From: Candidatus Culexmicrobium cathedralense
GTDB lineage: Archaea; Thermoproteota; Methanomethylicia; Culexarchaeales; Culexmicrobiaceae
DNA: 64,000 nt
Direction of reading: 5' to 3'
Assembly (NCBI GenBank): GCA_025061115.1
Contig: JANZKC010000001.1
Location: forward strand, 160,001-224,000
The position numbers and the translations under genes were made by a program. Positions 28,493 through 40,033 of the stretch are shown here, one piece after another; the first letter of the stretch is position 1, and each line of letters begins with the position of its first letter. A model generated the notes under the pieces. That model had not been told where the DNA came from. It did not search any database and saw nothing but the letters and a program-made list of their open reading frames with translations.

Positions 28493-29061
28493 TTTATTGA
28501 TTTAAGCAGCGCCAAGGAAGTTAAAGTACAAGTAAAGCCTATAACTGCACCACCTGCAACCTGAGCTACGCTATGTGCTTTAACTTTCATTCTAGCCCAA
28601 CCAACCAGAATTAATAGTGGAGAGAAAATCAATACTTCTAGATAACCTAACAATGGGAAAAATGTTATAGGTATTGCAATTGATGCAGTATGAATACTTA
28701 TCTTCCAGCCCATAGTTATAATTGCGAGCACAATGCTAGTTAACATGCACACGAATTCCAGGGAGGCAATCTCAAACAACTTATAGCTGTAAAAGAGATA
28801 AAACGCCAAGAAGTAAGCAAGTATGCCTGGAATAAATAGAATTGGCCTATGAGACCTATTAGAAACGAAGTAGTCTCCCCTCTCAATTAATCTTCCATAA
28901 ATAATCGGAGCAACTATCGGCGCAAAACTATGCAAGAAAACCCCTAAAGCTAATAGTAGTGAATCAACACTATTCACATAGCATAAGAATAAGATTTCGG
29001 CAAATCCAATTAAGGGATACGATAAAATTATGGAAATTGCATTTGCAAGCTTAACGGTCAA
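28471..29061 (-). CDS. PAP2-like integral membrane protein
   Basis: WKISIH and WARMKVKAHSVAQV..G motifs; multi-TM. Confidence 0.75.
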   Translation of the reverse strand: MTVKLANAISIILSYPLIGFAEILFLCYVNSVDSLLLALGVFLHSFAPIVAPIIYGRLIERGDYFVSNRSHRPILFIPGILAYFLAFYLFYSYKLFEIASLEFVCMLTSIVLAIITMGWKISIHTASIAIPITFFPLLGYLEVLIFSPLLILVGWARMKVKAHSVAQVAGGAVIGFTCTLTSLALLKSINYVCLIL

Positions 29062-29071
29062 ATCAAGTCAC

Positions 29072-29437
29072 CTACATGGACTTGAAAGTCACGCATTGCC
29101 CTTCAATCAATTTAGCTTCAACTCGACCATCCTTAACTTTACCGTAAACTACGACTTTTTCTCCTTTGCAAATGGCTGCTACACCCTTAAAATAAACTTC
29201 AACGCCAGATACTTTTAGAATAGTCCTATGGCCATGATCCTCCTCAACAAGTCTACTACTAATAGACCATGGCCAGCCCGCTGCATAATAAATAACTGTA
29301 GGCTTAGCATCAACTACACCTTCAAACTTGACATTATATCCATTTAAATTAGCTACATCATTAGGCTTAACTAGGTAGTACCTTTCGCCATCAAGCTCTT
29401 CTTCAGGGTAATTGAGCTTTTTCCACTTCCACAGCAT
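29072..29437 (-). CDS. Hypothetical protein, possible OB-fold
   Basis: 121-aa ORF with beta-strand pattern (V.F.G.V, V.VYGKV). Confidence 0.6.
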   Translation of the reverse strand: MLWKWKKLNYPEEELDGERYYLVKPNDVANLNGYNVKFEGVVDAKPTVIYYAAGWPWSISSRLVEEDHGHRTILKVSGVEVYFKGVAAICKGEKVVVYGKVKDGRVEAKLIEGQCVTFKSM

Positions 29438-29492
29438 TTACAAACCCCATTCACATTTTGATATCTGAAAATTAAGATTATCGATTAAAATC

Positions 29493-30308
29493 TTAATAGC
29501 AAAATTCTAAATCTAAATTTAATTTACGGGCTAAGTTAATAATTTTAAATTTTAAATTTTCATAGTAATCACAATATTTATCGTCATTTAAAATGATTTC
29601 TTCAACTTTATCCTTTAAAGTTGGAAAGTGGATTCTTAGCGCCCGATCGATGTATGGCCAATTTCCAGCTTTAACATTCAATTTATCAACGATTATGTAG
29701 TCTACATTAATATGGGATAACTTGGTGATTAGCCTTTCAATATTAGATTCGCAGATTAGTGGAATTAGCGGTCCAAGAAAGGCATAGGTGCGAATTCCAC
29801 ATTCCCTCAACCTCTGCAATGCATGTAATCGCCTAGCTATTGATGGTGCTCTGGGCTCGAAAGCTCTCCTAACATTTTCATTAATAGTTATTATTGTTAA
29901 TCCAGCATCAACCTCACTAAATCTACTAAGTAAATCCACATCTCTTATCACCAAGTCAGACTTAGTTAAAATTACAACCGGAAAATCTCTAGAGGCTAAA
30001 ATGCTGAGAATCCGCCTAGTCAACATGAATTTCGCTTCCAACATTTGATATGGGTCGGTAACGCTACTTAGAAGAACTCTTCCACGCCTAGTTTTCCTCA
30101 ATTCTTTAATTAGAATTGTTGGAGCATTAATTTTGGCGTGAACGAACTCTCCCCAATCCAAGTTTGATGGAAAATTTCTGAGCATGTACCTAGCATAGCA
30201 GTACGTACAGCCATGCAAGCATCCAAAATAAGGATTTATCGAGTAATCTACACCATAGATATTGCTTTTACTTAAAATTGATTTGCAGTAAACTTCCTGT
30301 ATCTGCAA
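29493..30308 (-). CDS. SplB-like radical SAM protein (DNA repair associated)
   Basis: INPYFGCLHGCTYCYA, SSVTDPYQ, LTKS..V.RD, FEP.AP. Confidence 0.88.
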   Translation of the reverse strand: MQIQEVYCKSILSKSNIYGVDYSINPYFGCLHGCTYCYARYMLRNFPSNLDWGEFVHAKINAPTILIKELRKTRRGRVLLSSVTDPYQMLEAKFMLTRRILSILASRDFPVVILTKSDLVIRDVDLLSRFSEVDAGLTIITINENVRRAFEPRAPSIARRLHALQRLRECGIRTYAFLGPLIPLICESNIERLITKLSHINVDYIIVDKLNVKAGNWPYIDRALRIHFPTLKDKVEEIILNDDKYCDYYENLKFKIINLARKLNLDLEFCY

Positions 30309-30384
30309 TCATCTTGCACCCACTAGCATGAGGAGTTAATCATAATAAATTTATTTTCCCAAGTTGATGATTAATTGAAGCGTA

Positions 30385-31761
30385 ATGCCAATGAGCAAGA
30401 GCAGAAAGTTCGTTAAGATAGTTAAGAAGAAGATTCCATGGATTCAGCACGTTTTAGATAATGTTAGAGATGCGCTTGACTTAAATTTACTTGAAAATGA
30501 GTTGAAAATTAAAGTTCCTAGGAAAAGTATGTGCATATACTGTCGTGGAACTAAGAATCTATGCGGCAAATCAAGGTGCCCAGTAATTATAAAGATGTAC
30601 TCTTACATTAAAATCAAGCCCTTAATTGAAGACTTACAGCTCGAGGGCTCCTCACCACCAGCAGTCTTTATTGGAAGATATGGCTACCCCCGAGTCTATG
30701 CCGGCCCACTTGTCCCCCCACTTCTAGGGGATACTGGAATTTACGACTATCCAGAAAAATGGCTTAACATGAATATCGACCAAATAGTTGATATGAGATT
30801 GAAGCTAATTAGAGGCAAATTCCTCGTTAATGTGAAAAAATTTGAAGATGCTGGAAAACTCATGGACTTAACTTTGGAGCTAGCATTGTCTGCAAATTCA
30901 GTTGAAACGGATGTGCAATTCAAGAAAAAGCCATCGAAAGCCATAGTACTTGATGATCAAGTACAGCCAATGGGTCCCTCCGCGCCACTCAAGAAACTTG
31001 AAATTTCAAATTCAAAGTGGGATAAAAGGCTTGAGAAAGCATTCTACGACTATGACTTAAAAGCTTCCGAGGCAATTTTAGAGCTTCACAAGCATGGAGT
31101 GCCAGTGTCGAGAATTCAAAGAGCATTTAGCGTTGGAGCATTTGGATTAAGAAGGCTGAGACGCCTGGTACCCACAAGATGGAGCATAACTGCAGTTGAT
31201 AGCATAATTTCAAGGGAAATTCGAGATGAAATAGTCAAGAGATGTCCACCAATAAATGAATATAGAGTTTATGAAGCTGAATTTCTTGGCAATAAGTTCA
31301 TCGTCATGATGATGCCTGAAGCTTGGAGCTACGAGTTAATTGAAGCTTGGTATCCAGGATCAGCTTGGAACCCAAGTAGAAGGTACATTTCAATTGGAGG
31401 AGATTGGGAAGGATATGCAGGCCGCACAACCTACGCCAAAATTGGAGGATGCTACTATGCTGCTAGACTAGCAGTTACAGAGTACTTATCAAGAGAGAGA
31501 AGACAAGCAGCTGTAATAGTTTTAAGAGAAGCTTACCCAGATTACATACTCCCACTGGGAGTTTGGAGTGTTAGAGAGAGCGTGAGAAGCGCTTTAAGAA
31601 GTAAGCCAATTAAATTCGACACTCTTGAAGAAGCCCTCAGACACATATCTGCTCGGCTTAAAATAAGAATGAGGCATTGGATCGAAACCAGCGAGTTGCT
31701 GAAAAGAGCACTATTACAGAAGAAGATCACCAGATACTTAACTAAAGGAAATACGTTTTAA
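30385..31761 (+). CDS. nreA: Archaeal DNA repair protein Nre
   Basis: CIYCRG..LCG..RCP, GSSPPAVFIG..GYP, LVPTRWSITAVD, GGCYYAARL, C-terminal PIP box QKKITRYL. Confidence 0.9.
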   Translation: MPMSKSRKFVKIVKKKIPWIQHVLDNVRDALDLNLLENELKIKVPRKSMCIYCRGTKNLCGKSRCPVIIKMYSYIKIKPLIEDLQLEGSSPPAVFIGRYGYPRVYAGPLVPPLLGDTGIYDYPEKWLNMNIDQIVDMRLKLIRGKFLVNVKKFEDAGKLMDLTLELALSANSVETDVQFKKKPSKAIVLDDQVQPMGPSAPLKKLEISNSKWDKRLEKAFYDYDLKASEAILELHKHGVPVSRIQRAFSVGAFGLRRLRRLVPTRWSITAVDSIISREIRDEIVKRCPPINEYRVYEAEFLGNKFIVMMMPEAWSYELIEAWYPGSAWNPSRRYISIGGDWEGYAGRTTYAKIGGCYYAARLAVTEYLSRERRQAAVIVLREAYPDYILPLGVWSVRESVRSALRSKPIKFDTLEEALRHISARLKIRMRHWIETSELLKRALLQKKITRYLTKGNTF

Positions 31762-31780
31762 ATATGTAGGATGTGGGAAA

Positions 31781-32098
31781 GTGGAGTTCACATCAATTAG
31801 GGAGAAAATAATGCAATTGATTAAAGTTTCTAACGAACCGCTAACAGTTAATGATATAATTACAATTTTGGATTTAAACCCATCAAGGAGAAGTGAAATT
31901 TACGAACACTTAATGCATATAGCAAAGACTATTAGAGCTAGATCACGCGGAGAAGAGCAGCTGGTGATGATCCCTCCAAGATGCAAGAATTGCGGCTACA
32001 TATTTACTTCACTCAAAAAAGCCAAAAAACCGAATAGGTGCCCGAAATGCAAAAGCGAGAGAATTACCCCACCAGCATTCATGATGACTAGAAAGTGA
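31781..32098 (+). CDS. wHTH + Zn-ribbon predicted transcriptional regulator
   Basis: IYEHLMHIAKT helix; PPRCKNCGY.F...P.RCPKCKSERI.PP. Confidence 0.85.
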   Translation: MEFTSIREKIMQLIKVSNEPLTVNDIITILDLNPSRRSEIYEHLMHIAKTIRARSRGEEQLVMIPPRCKNCGYIFTSLKKAKKPNRCPKCKSERITPPAFMMTRK

Positions 32099-32107
32099 AT
32101 AGCAATT

Positions 32108-32737
32108 TCAGCAGTCGACATCAACTATGTCAATTTTATTCAAATCAACAACATAATCCGCAAGCTCAATTAATTTCATCATCATTAAGCGTTCATTACG
32201 ACTAATACCGCTGCCTAAATCTTCTTTTAACGTCTTCCCAAAATACCCATTAGCTACAAAAGTTTCAGCTACGCTTAACGCTTGGGGGAGTAAGCCTAAA
32301 TCCCCCACCTGAAAGTACAGAGTCACATCATTAATCACCAATATTGAAGTTGGATTAGCTTGAAATTTCTGTAGCAGGTGATGGCACTTAACTCTATTTA
32401 AACTTGCTAATCTAATAACTTCATCCCTGCTTTTACTAGTTAGTCTCGGAGCAGCAATGTCGTCTGTATAGTACCGAACGCCACTTAAACTTAGCCCAAA
32501 ATCCGCGAGCTTTCCGCCTACCTGGACACCTTCAATTAAAATTTTATTGGGAGCGAAATCCAGGACAGTTACTTCTTCAGAGTAACCTAGCTTTAGCAGT
32601 TTCATTACGATTTGAAGAGTTAGCGAAGTCTTACCTTTACCGACATCTCCAATGATCAGCGTCCGTCTACCTAAAAGCTCGGCTACGCTCAGCTTCATCA
32701 CGTCGAAATACTCATAAGGTAATTTAAGTCTAACCAC
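32108..32737 (-). CDS. Small P-loop NTPase of unknown function
   Basis: Walker A GDVGKGKT; Walker B-like LVIND. Confidence 0.7.
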   Translation of the reverse strand: MVRLKLPYEYFDVMKLSVAELLGRRTLIIGDVGKGKTSLTLQIVMKLLKLGYSEEVTVLDFAPNKILIEGVQVGGKLADFGLSLSGVRYYTDDIAAPRLTSKSRDEVIRLASLNRVKCHHLLQKFQANPTSILVINDVTLYFQVGDLGLLPQALSVAETFVANGYFGKTLKEDLGSGISRNERLMMMKLIELADYVVDLNKIDIVDVDC

Positions 32738-32742
32738 ACAGG

Positions 32743-33240
32743 ATGAATATGCTCACTAATAAAGGAATGAAGAAGCAGCTGGGAAAATTAGCTTTAACAG
32801 CTATTTTCTCAGCCTTAGGAGTAATTTTATCTCCAGCAATCATCGTAATAGGACCGACCAAGTGCTACCCATTCCAGCACATGATAAATGGATTGGCAGG
32901 CGTGCTCATAGGTCCATGGTATGCTGGTCTTTCAGCACTAATAACTGGCATTGTTAGAAACATGCTTGGAACTGGAACAATCTTCGCATTTCCAGGAGGA
33001 ATTCCCGGCGCAATTGCCGTTGGGCTTACTTACAAGATTACTAGAAGAGATGAAGCAGCACTGGCAGAACCCATTGGCACTTTCATCGGAGCTATACTCA
33101 GCGCATACATTGTAGGACCAGCAGTAGGAAGAACCATGGCTCCACAAGCCTTTATATTGGCATTTTTGATGAGCAGCATCCCAGGATCCATATTGGGGTA
33201 TTTAGCGTTGAAAGTTGTTAGGAAAGCTTTAAAGATGTAA
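32743..33240 (+). CDS. thiW: ECF thiazole/thiamine-precursor S-component ThiW
   Basis: PFQHMIN..AGV..GPWY, RN.LGTGT.FAFPG, EPIGT, F..SS..G. Confidence 0.88.
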   Translation: MNMLTNKGMKKQLGKLALTAIFSALGVILSPAIIVIGPTKCYPFQHMINGLAGVLIGPWYAGLSALITGIVRNMLGTGTIFAFPGGIPGAIAVGLTYKITRRDEAALAEPIGTFIGAILSAYIVGPAVGRTMAPQAFILAFLMSSIPGSILGYLALKVVRKALKM

Positions 33241-33247
33241 TAGGTAC

Positions 33248-33274
33248 ATTTTGTGCAATTGCACAAAATTTATA
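33248..33274 (+). promoter_or_regulatory. Perfect 22-bp palindrome ATTTTGTGCAATTGCACAAAAT abutting a TTTATA TATA box
   Basis: Self-complementary 33248-33269; TTTATA at 33269-33274, ~35 nt before ATG 33309. Confidence 0.75.
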
Positions 33275-33308
33275 TTCGACTTTAGAAAACGATTATACGG
33301 GTGAGAAG

Positions 33309-33566
33309 ATGGCTTGGGGTTGGGGGAGAGGTAGAAGGGGCTGGACTGGACCTTGGCCTGGCAGAGGGCCCTTCAGCCACCTACCGCCATGGATGAGACC
33401 TGGATGGCTATTTGGCAGAGGAGCATGCTGGTGGCTATTTGGAGCCCCCTGGTGGTTAAGGTGGCCCTACCCAGCATACTACCCACAATACTCGTTCTAC
33501 CCATGGATGAGCTGGTGGATGTACTATCCGATGTACTATGCTCCATGGATGAGGCCATGGTGGTGA
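33309..33566 (+). CDS. Small Trp/Gly/Pro/Tyr-rich low-complexity protein (DUF5320-associated type)
   Basis: GGTGA RBS; GPWPGRGPFSHLPPWMRPGWLFGRGACWW. Confidence 0.75.
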   Translation: MAWGWGRGRRGWTGPWPGRGPFSHLPPWMRPGWLFGRGACWWLFGAPWWLRWPYPAYYPQYSFYPWMSWWMYYPMYYAPWMRPWW

Positions 33567-33573
33567 TAGGAAG

Positions 33574-33786
33574 ATGACGCCCTACTACTGGTGGTACTAT
33601 ACGCCATACTACTATCCACCAGCAATGCCGCCAATGACATTCCTATACGACCTGTATAGCTTAATGCTAAGCACCTACTACTGGAAGCTATACATTGAAG
33701 CTTTTAGGATGGCAATGGAAGCTTGGAGCAGAAGCTTTGAAGCAATGTTTAAAGCCCTCGAAACTCAAGCCAAGCCATCAACTTAA
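33574..33786 (+). CDS. Small Tyr/Pro-rich protein with amphipathic helix
   Basis: ATG 7 nt after the previous stop; YYWWYYTPYYYPP followed by a helical segment. Confidence 0.65.
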   Translation: MTPYYWWYYTPYYYPPAMPPMTFLYDLYSLMLSTYYWKLYIEAFRMAMEAWSRSFEAMFKALETQAKPST

Positions 33787-33809
33787 AATGCTTACGAAAA
33801 ATATGTGAG

Positions 33810-34172
33810 GTGATTAAAGTGTACGGCTATGGTTATGGAAGGAAGAGAAGGAGAAGAATCTGGCAATACTGGTATCCACCGCCACCTCCGCCATGGATGT
33901 ACATGCCGCCTCCACAGCAAGCCCAGCAGCCGGCTCAGCAAGCTCAAGCAACGCAGCAGGCGGGAATGCCCCAGTATGCATATCCTCCATATCCACCATA
34001 CCCCTACATCATGCCACCGCCACCATTAACACCAGAAGAAGAGCTTGAAATGCTAGAGGACTACAGGGAAAGCTTGATGGAGGAGATCGAAGACATAAAG
34101 GAAGAACTGAAGAGTGTTGAGGAGAGAATCAAAGAGCTAAGGAATATGCTTAAAAAGGGAAGTGAAGTTTAG
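33810..34172 (+). CDS. DUF5320-like Pro/Gln/Tyr-rich protein with C-terminal coiled coil
   Basis: GYGYGRKRRRR, poly-P and Q tracts, EEELEMLEDY...ELKSVEERIKEL heptads. Confidence 0.75.
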   Translation: MIKVYGYGYGRKRRRRIWQYWYPPPPPPWMYMPPPQQAQQPAQQAQATQQAGMPQYAYPPYPPYPYIMPPPPLTPEEELEMLEDYRESLMEEIEDIKEELKSVEERIKELRNMLKKGSEV

Positions 34173-34182
34173 TAGTTAGTAG

Positions 34183-34449
34183 CTACTTCAACTCAATCAA
34201 GTAAATTCCATACTTTTTTATTTCTTCAATTTCGTAATATTTAGCTATGTCAACTTTATGAACCTTCTTGACAACCTTACTAATCTTCCTCCCAGTAAAC
34301 TGCTTTTTAACTGGATCCCACTCCTTAAGAACAAGAATATCTCCTACTGAAACTTCAAAGTCAGCCAATCTGACTTCAACGTTCTTCTCTCCACTAACTA
34401 TTTTTTCGAACCATTCCGGCAAAATTTTCTTCTCAACAACCCTAACCAA
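34183..34449 (-). CDS. ASCH/DUF3850 domain protein
   Basis: KKILPEWFEKIVSGEKNVEVR..D...GD.L.L.EW. Confidence 0.82.
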   Translation of the reverse strand: MVRVVEKKILPEWFEKIVSGEKNVEVRLADFEVSVGDILVLKEWDPVKKQFTGRKISKVVKKVHKVDIAKYYEIEEIKKYGIYLIELK

Positions 34450-34469
34450 GACTTCCCCTCAAAATGGAT

Positions 34470-36638
<2,169 letters not shown>

Positions 36639-36741
36639 TTAACCCTCCAGAGCTAAACGATAAGAGTGCTTGGAAACCTAAAAATTAATCGCTTTTAATT
36701 ATGAAATAATGGTTGAATCACTTAATCTCACCATTATGCAT

Positions 36742-37227
36742 TCAATCGCCACCCTCCTTCGAAGAGGGAGTCTCACCCTCCTCAGGCTCAATCTCCTCAG
36801 CTTCAAGCATCTCCTCAGGAGGCTTAGCTATCTTTGAAACACGCTCAAGTATTCTCATCACCCTCATAGGCTCAGGAGTGTACAGCATAAAAATCTGCCT
36901 TCTACCCTTATATACAGATACGAATTTACGCTGCTCATTAGCTACAAAACGATATTCAGGGCGAAGTGGAATAGCCCTCTCCTTAGGGTCAATAATACCG
37001 AAATTAGTTATTCTGTACTTCGCAATTGAAGGAATTATTGCTGGAGGAGTGAACATTAAAATTACAAAAAGCACAATCAATGAAAACTCAAACAAAAACT
37101 GGTATAGGACGAGAAGTATTAGAAAGTACATCGCAAATAAAGCTAAAGTCCTTAAGTAGCGCTTAGCTCTATCAGCATTCTTCAATTCGGATGCATCAAT
37201 TTCATAGAATACTTCCACCTTACTCAA
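36742..37227 (-). CDS. Hypothetical two-TM membrane protein with acidic tail
   Basis: Two hydrophobic helices and an E-rich C-terminus. Confidence 0.65.
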   Translation of the reverse strand: MSKVEVFYEIDASELKNADRAKRYLRTLALFAMYFLILLVLYQFLFEFSLIVLFVILMFTPPAIIPSIAKYRITNFGIIDPKERAIPLRPEYRFVANEQRKFVSVYKGRRQIFMLYTPEPMRVMRILERVSKIAKPPEEMLEAEEIEPEEGETPSSKEGGD

Positions 37228-37313
37228 AGCCTACACCTTAAATATATTAAATCATTACAAATATTTATACGCTGTCAAACCACTCAACTCTGAACTCCAA
37301 ATGAAGAATAAAA

Positions 37314-38609
37314 TTACGGCGAGCATGGTTCTAAACGCTTAAAAAGCGCATCCCTCCCCGTCCTCAGCATAACGATTCTTTCCCAACTTCTAAGAGATGG
37401 ACATATGTAGCAGCCTATCCGGTAGAAACCATCAACGTACAGTGGGTTTAGGGGAATGCCATTATAGATAAGGTATAATTGCGACATCCATGTTGGCCAC
37501 ATCTTCATCGGAGCTAACTGAAATACGAATTCATGTCTTCGAGCCGGAGGCCTCAAGCTTCTAAGCTTAGACTCAGCATCCCTGTCGCCCACGATTACCA
37601 GCGGATTGTCAGTTAACTTCCTAACCGCCCTATAAAGAGCTTCAATTTTTAATTGAGTACACCACCTATCATTAACCGCAGGTAGGCCTCTAACCTTAAC
37701 TTCCTCATCGATCCCTGCATATACAACTTCAACTTTGACGTTAAGCTTCTTCGAAACATCTTCAATATAACCTATGGTTTCAGGAAATTCAAGTCCAGTA
37801 TCGACGAAGATTGCAGTTACATCCTTAAACACCTTTAAAGCCAAGAGAAGTGCACAAGTACTATCTTTACCTCCACTCCAAGGCACGACTACATCTCCAA
37901 CTCCTTCATAACGCTTCAAGAAGCTTATTGAGATGTGCTCATGAAGTTTAATGACATCTTCATTGATGGAAATAATTCTGCCAAGATCCACATCCATAAA
38001 ATCATCAATCAATCTAATTGCACTAACCTTCTCACCTTTAATTGGAATTTTCAGCTCAGCAACCTTTAACTTACCTGAATAAACATGATGCAGGCCGCCG
38101 AAATCCCTAACAATTAATGGGCATTTACCAATTCTACCAAGGATGTCTTCAAGAATTCGAGCGAAGCCCTCAAATCCTAGAAAAACATCAATCGCAGGAT
38201 TCTCCAATCGAAAAATAATTTCACCAGCATGCTTAGTGAAGTGGTAAGCTTCACTGCTCCAGCCAACAACATTCCTTATTTTAGCTCTACCTCTCTCAAT
38301 ATTTGAGGCAATTTCAGTCAACCTAGCGCTTCTAACCTTACTTTTATTAACAAGTTGAAAAACAACATTATCTGGGAAGAATTTTTCCAAAGCTTCTAAA
38401 TGCTCATCCTCTCTACCTAAAAGGACTACGTAGTAGTTATTCTCATCAATTATTGATTCTAACCTACTAAGAACTTCATCTTTAGATCTAGCTCCACCTA
38501 AAGTGCGAACTTCCAAGTTCCAACCTTTGAAAAACCTAATTAAAGTTGCAGTCACGGCATCAGCATCCCTCTTAGCACGGACAACAACCCTAAACATCAT
38601 AAGCACCAA
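37314..38609 (-). CDS. PAPS-reductase family adenine nucleotide alpha-hydrolase with N-terminal extension
   Basis: PP-loop WSGGKDS, DTGLEFPET, RWCTQLK, RIGCYICP. Confidence 0.85.
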   Translation of the reverse strand: MVLMMFRVVVRAKRDADAVTATLIRFFKGWNLEVRTLGGARSKDEVLSRLESIIDENNYYVVLLGREDEHLEALEKFFPDNVVFQLVNKSKVRSARLTEIASNIERGRAKIRNVVGWSSEAYHFTKHAGEIIFRLENPAIDVFLGFEGFARILEDILGRIGKCPLIVRDFGGLHHVYSGKLKVAELKIPIKGEKVSAIRLIDDFMDVDLGRIISINEDVIKLHEHISISFLKRYEGVGDVVVPWSGGKDSTCALLLALKVFKDVTAIFVDTGLEFPETIGYIEDVSKKLNVKVEVVYAGIDEEVKVRGLPAVNDRWCTQLKIEALYRAVRKLTDNPLVIVGDRDAESKLRSLRPPARRHEFVFQLAPMKMWPTWMSQLYLIYNGIPLNPLYVDGFYRIGCYICPSLRSWERIVMLRTGRDALFKRLEPCSP

Positions 38610-38677
38610 TTCATCTTTTCATAATTCTTATTATTGTAAGCCAAATTAATATGTTCAAGAACACGTGGTGATGGAGC

Positions 38678-39619
38678 ATGATCCATAAAAACTCCATTAC
38701 AGTTGGATTTAGGCCTGATGGATCCCAAATAAAAATTCCATTAATCAAAATTAAAGGCAAAAGCACCGAACCCAAAATTTTTATTGGAGCTTCAATCCAC
38801 GGAAATGAGCTTACAGGTCAAGTGAGCATTTGGAGGCTAATTGATTACTTGAAAGATAGAGAGGTTAAAGGCGAATTAACAATCATACCTACAATGAATC
38901 CGGAAGGATTCAACTACAACGTTCGTGGAATACCTAGTGGAGCGCCAGATTTAAACAGGCTCTACCCCGGCGACCCTAAAGGATCACTTGCCGAAAGAAT
39001 TGTAGCTAAAATTTGGGAGATAGCCAAAAAACATGAATTCATCATAGATATGCATACCGCTGGAAATTGCATACCGTTCATTCTACTGGACCCAGCACCA
39101 CCAGAGCTTCGAAGAAGAATTGAGGAAATAGCATATGCAAGTGAAATAACAGTTCTCGACGAGTTTCCACCAGAGAAGTATGAGAGAATTGGATTAGCAA
39201 AAAGCTTACCTGCAGTTGCAGTGAAGGAGGGAATTCCCGCATTCACAGTTGAGCTACCTGGCTTTAGAGGAGTGAACATAGCTGGAGCAAAGGCTGGATT
39301 CATAGCTCTCAAAAACATGCTGGTAAAACTGGAAATAATCGAAGATAGCTTTGAGAAAATTAACTTCATACCAGTTATCAGAGAAAAGGGATATAGAAGG
39401 GAAACCGTTTATGCTGAAAAGCCGGGGCTACTCGAATACGTCAAGGAATTAGGAGATAAGGTCTATAAAGGAGAAGTCATTGCCAGAGTTAGGAACGTAT
39501 TCGGTGAAGTGATTGAAGAAATTAAGAGCCCATGGAATGGATACATCATATCATTAAACCCAACATCAACGGTTGGAACTGGAGGATATGTAGCATCAAT
39601 GGCCATCAAAATTGCCTAA
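38678..39619 (+). CDS. Succinylglutamate desuccinylase/aspartoacylase (M14) family
   Basis: HGNE, NR.YPG, DMH, TVE; C-terminal barrel-sandwich hybrid. Confidence 0.88.
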   Translation: MIHKNSITVGFRPDGSQIKIPLIKIKGKSTEPKIFIGASIHGNELTGQVSIWRLIDYLKDREVKGELTIIPTMNPEGFNYNVRGIPSGAPDLNRLYPGDPKGSLAERIVAKIWEIAKKHEFIIDMHTAGNCIPFILLDPAPPELRRRIEEIAYASEITVLDEFPPEKYERIGLAKSLPAVAVKEGIPAFTVELPGFRGVNIAGAKAGFIALKNMLVKLEIIEDSFEKINFIPVIREKGYRRETVYAEKPGLLEYVKELGDKVYKGEVIARVRNVFGEVIEEIKSPWNGYIISLNPTSTVGTGGYVASMAIKIA

Positions 39620-39876
39620 TAAACCTTTAAGCTCACTAACTTCTCAGCAAGCAGTAAGCCAGCTTTAGAAAGTCTCACAGGAACATTTTTCTCCTTATAA
39701 GAGCCAGCTCGAATTAAGCCAGCATCTCTAAGTAATCTTAAATTCCACTTAACAGTTGACTCTGGAATATTAAGATATGCCGACAACTCCCGTGCAAGTG
39801 AAGTTAAAGTCGCATTTCCATCATAGCGGAGATACACTTGCACTAAAATTTGCTTCTGCCTCCTAGTAAGCTTCAT
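39616..39876 (-). CDS. Small winged-helix transcriptional regulator
   Basis: LTRRQKQIL...LARELS...PESTVKWNLRLLRDAGLI. Confidence 0.78.
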   Translation of the reverse strand: MKLTRRQKQILVQVYLRYDGNATLTSLARELSAYLNIPESTVKWNLRLLRDAGLIRAGSYKEKNVPVRLSKAGLLLAEKLVSLKVY

Positions 39877-40033
39877 TAAAGCAAATTTAAGGAAAACATT
39901 CCTCCAATAATTTTGAAATAATTGGTCTTCACGTGTTAGGACAGCATCACTACTTGCCTTTCGCCATGCTTGCGCAAGCTTAGCTACAATCCCCGCACAA
40001 AATCACCCATAATATCGGAGAGAAACATTTTAA

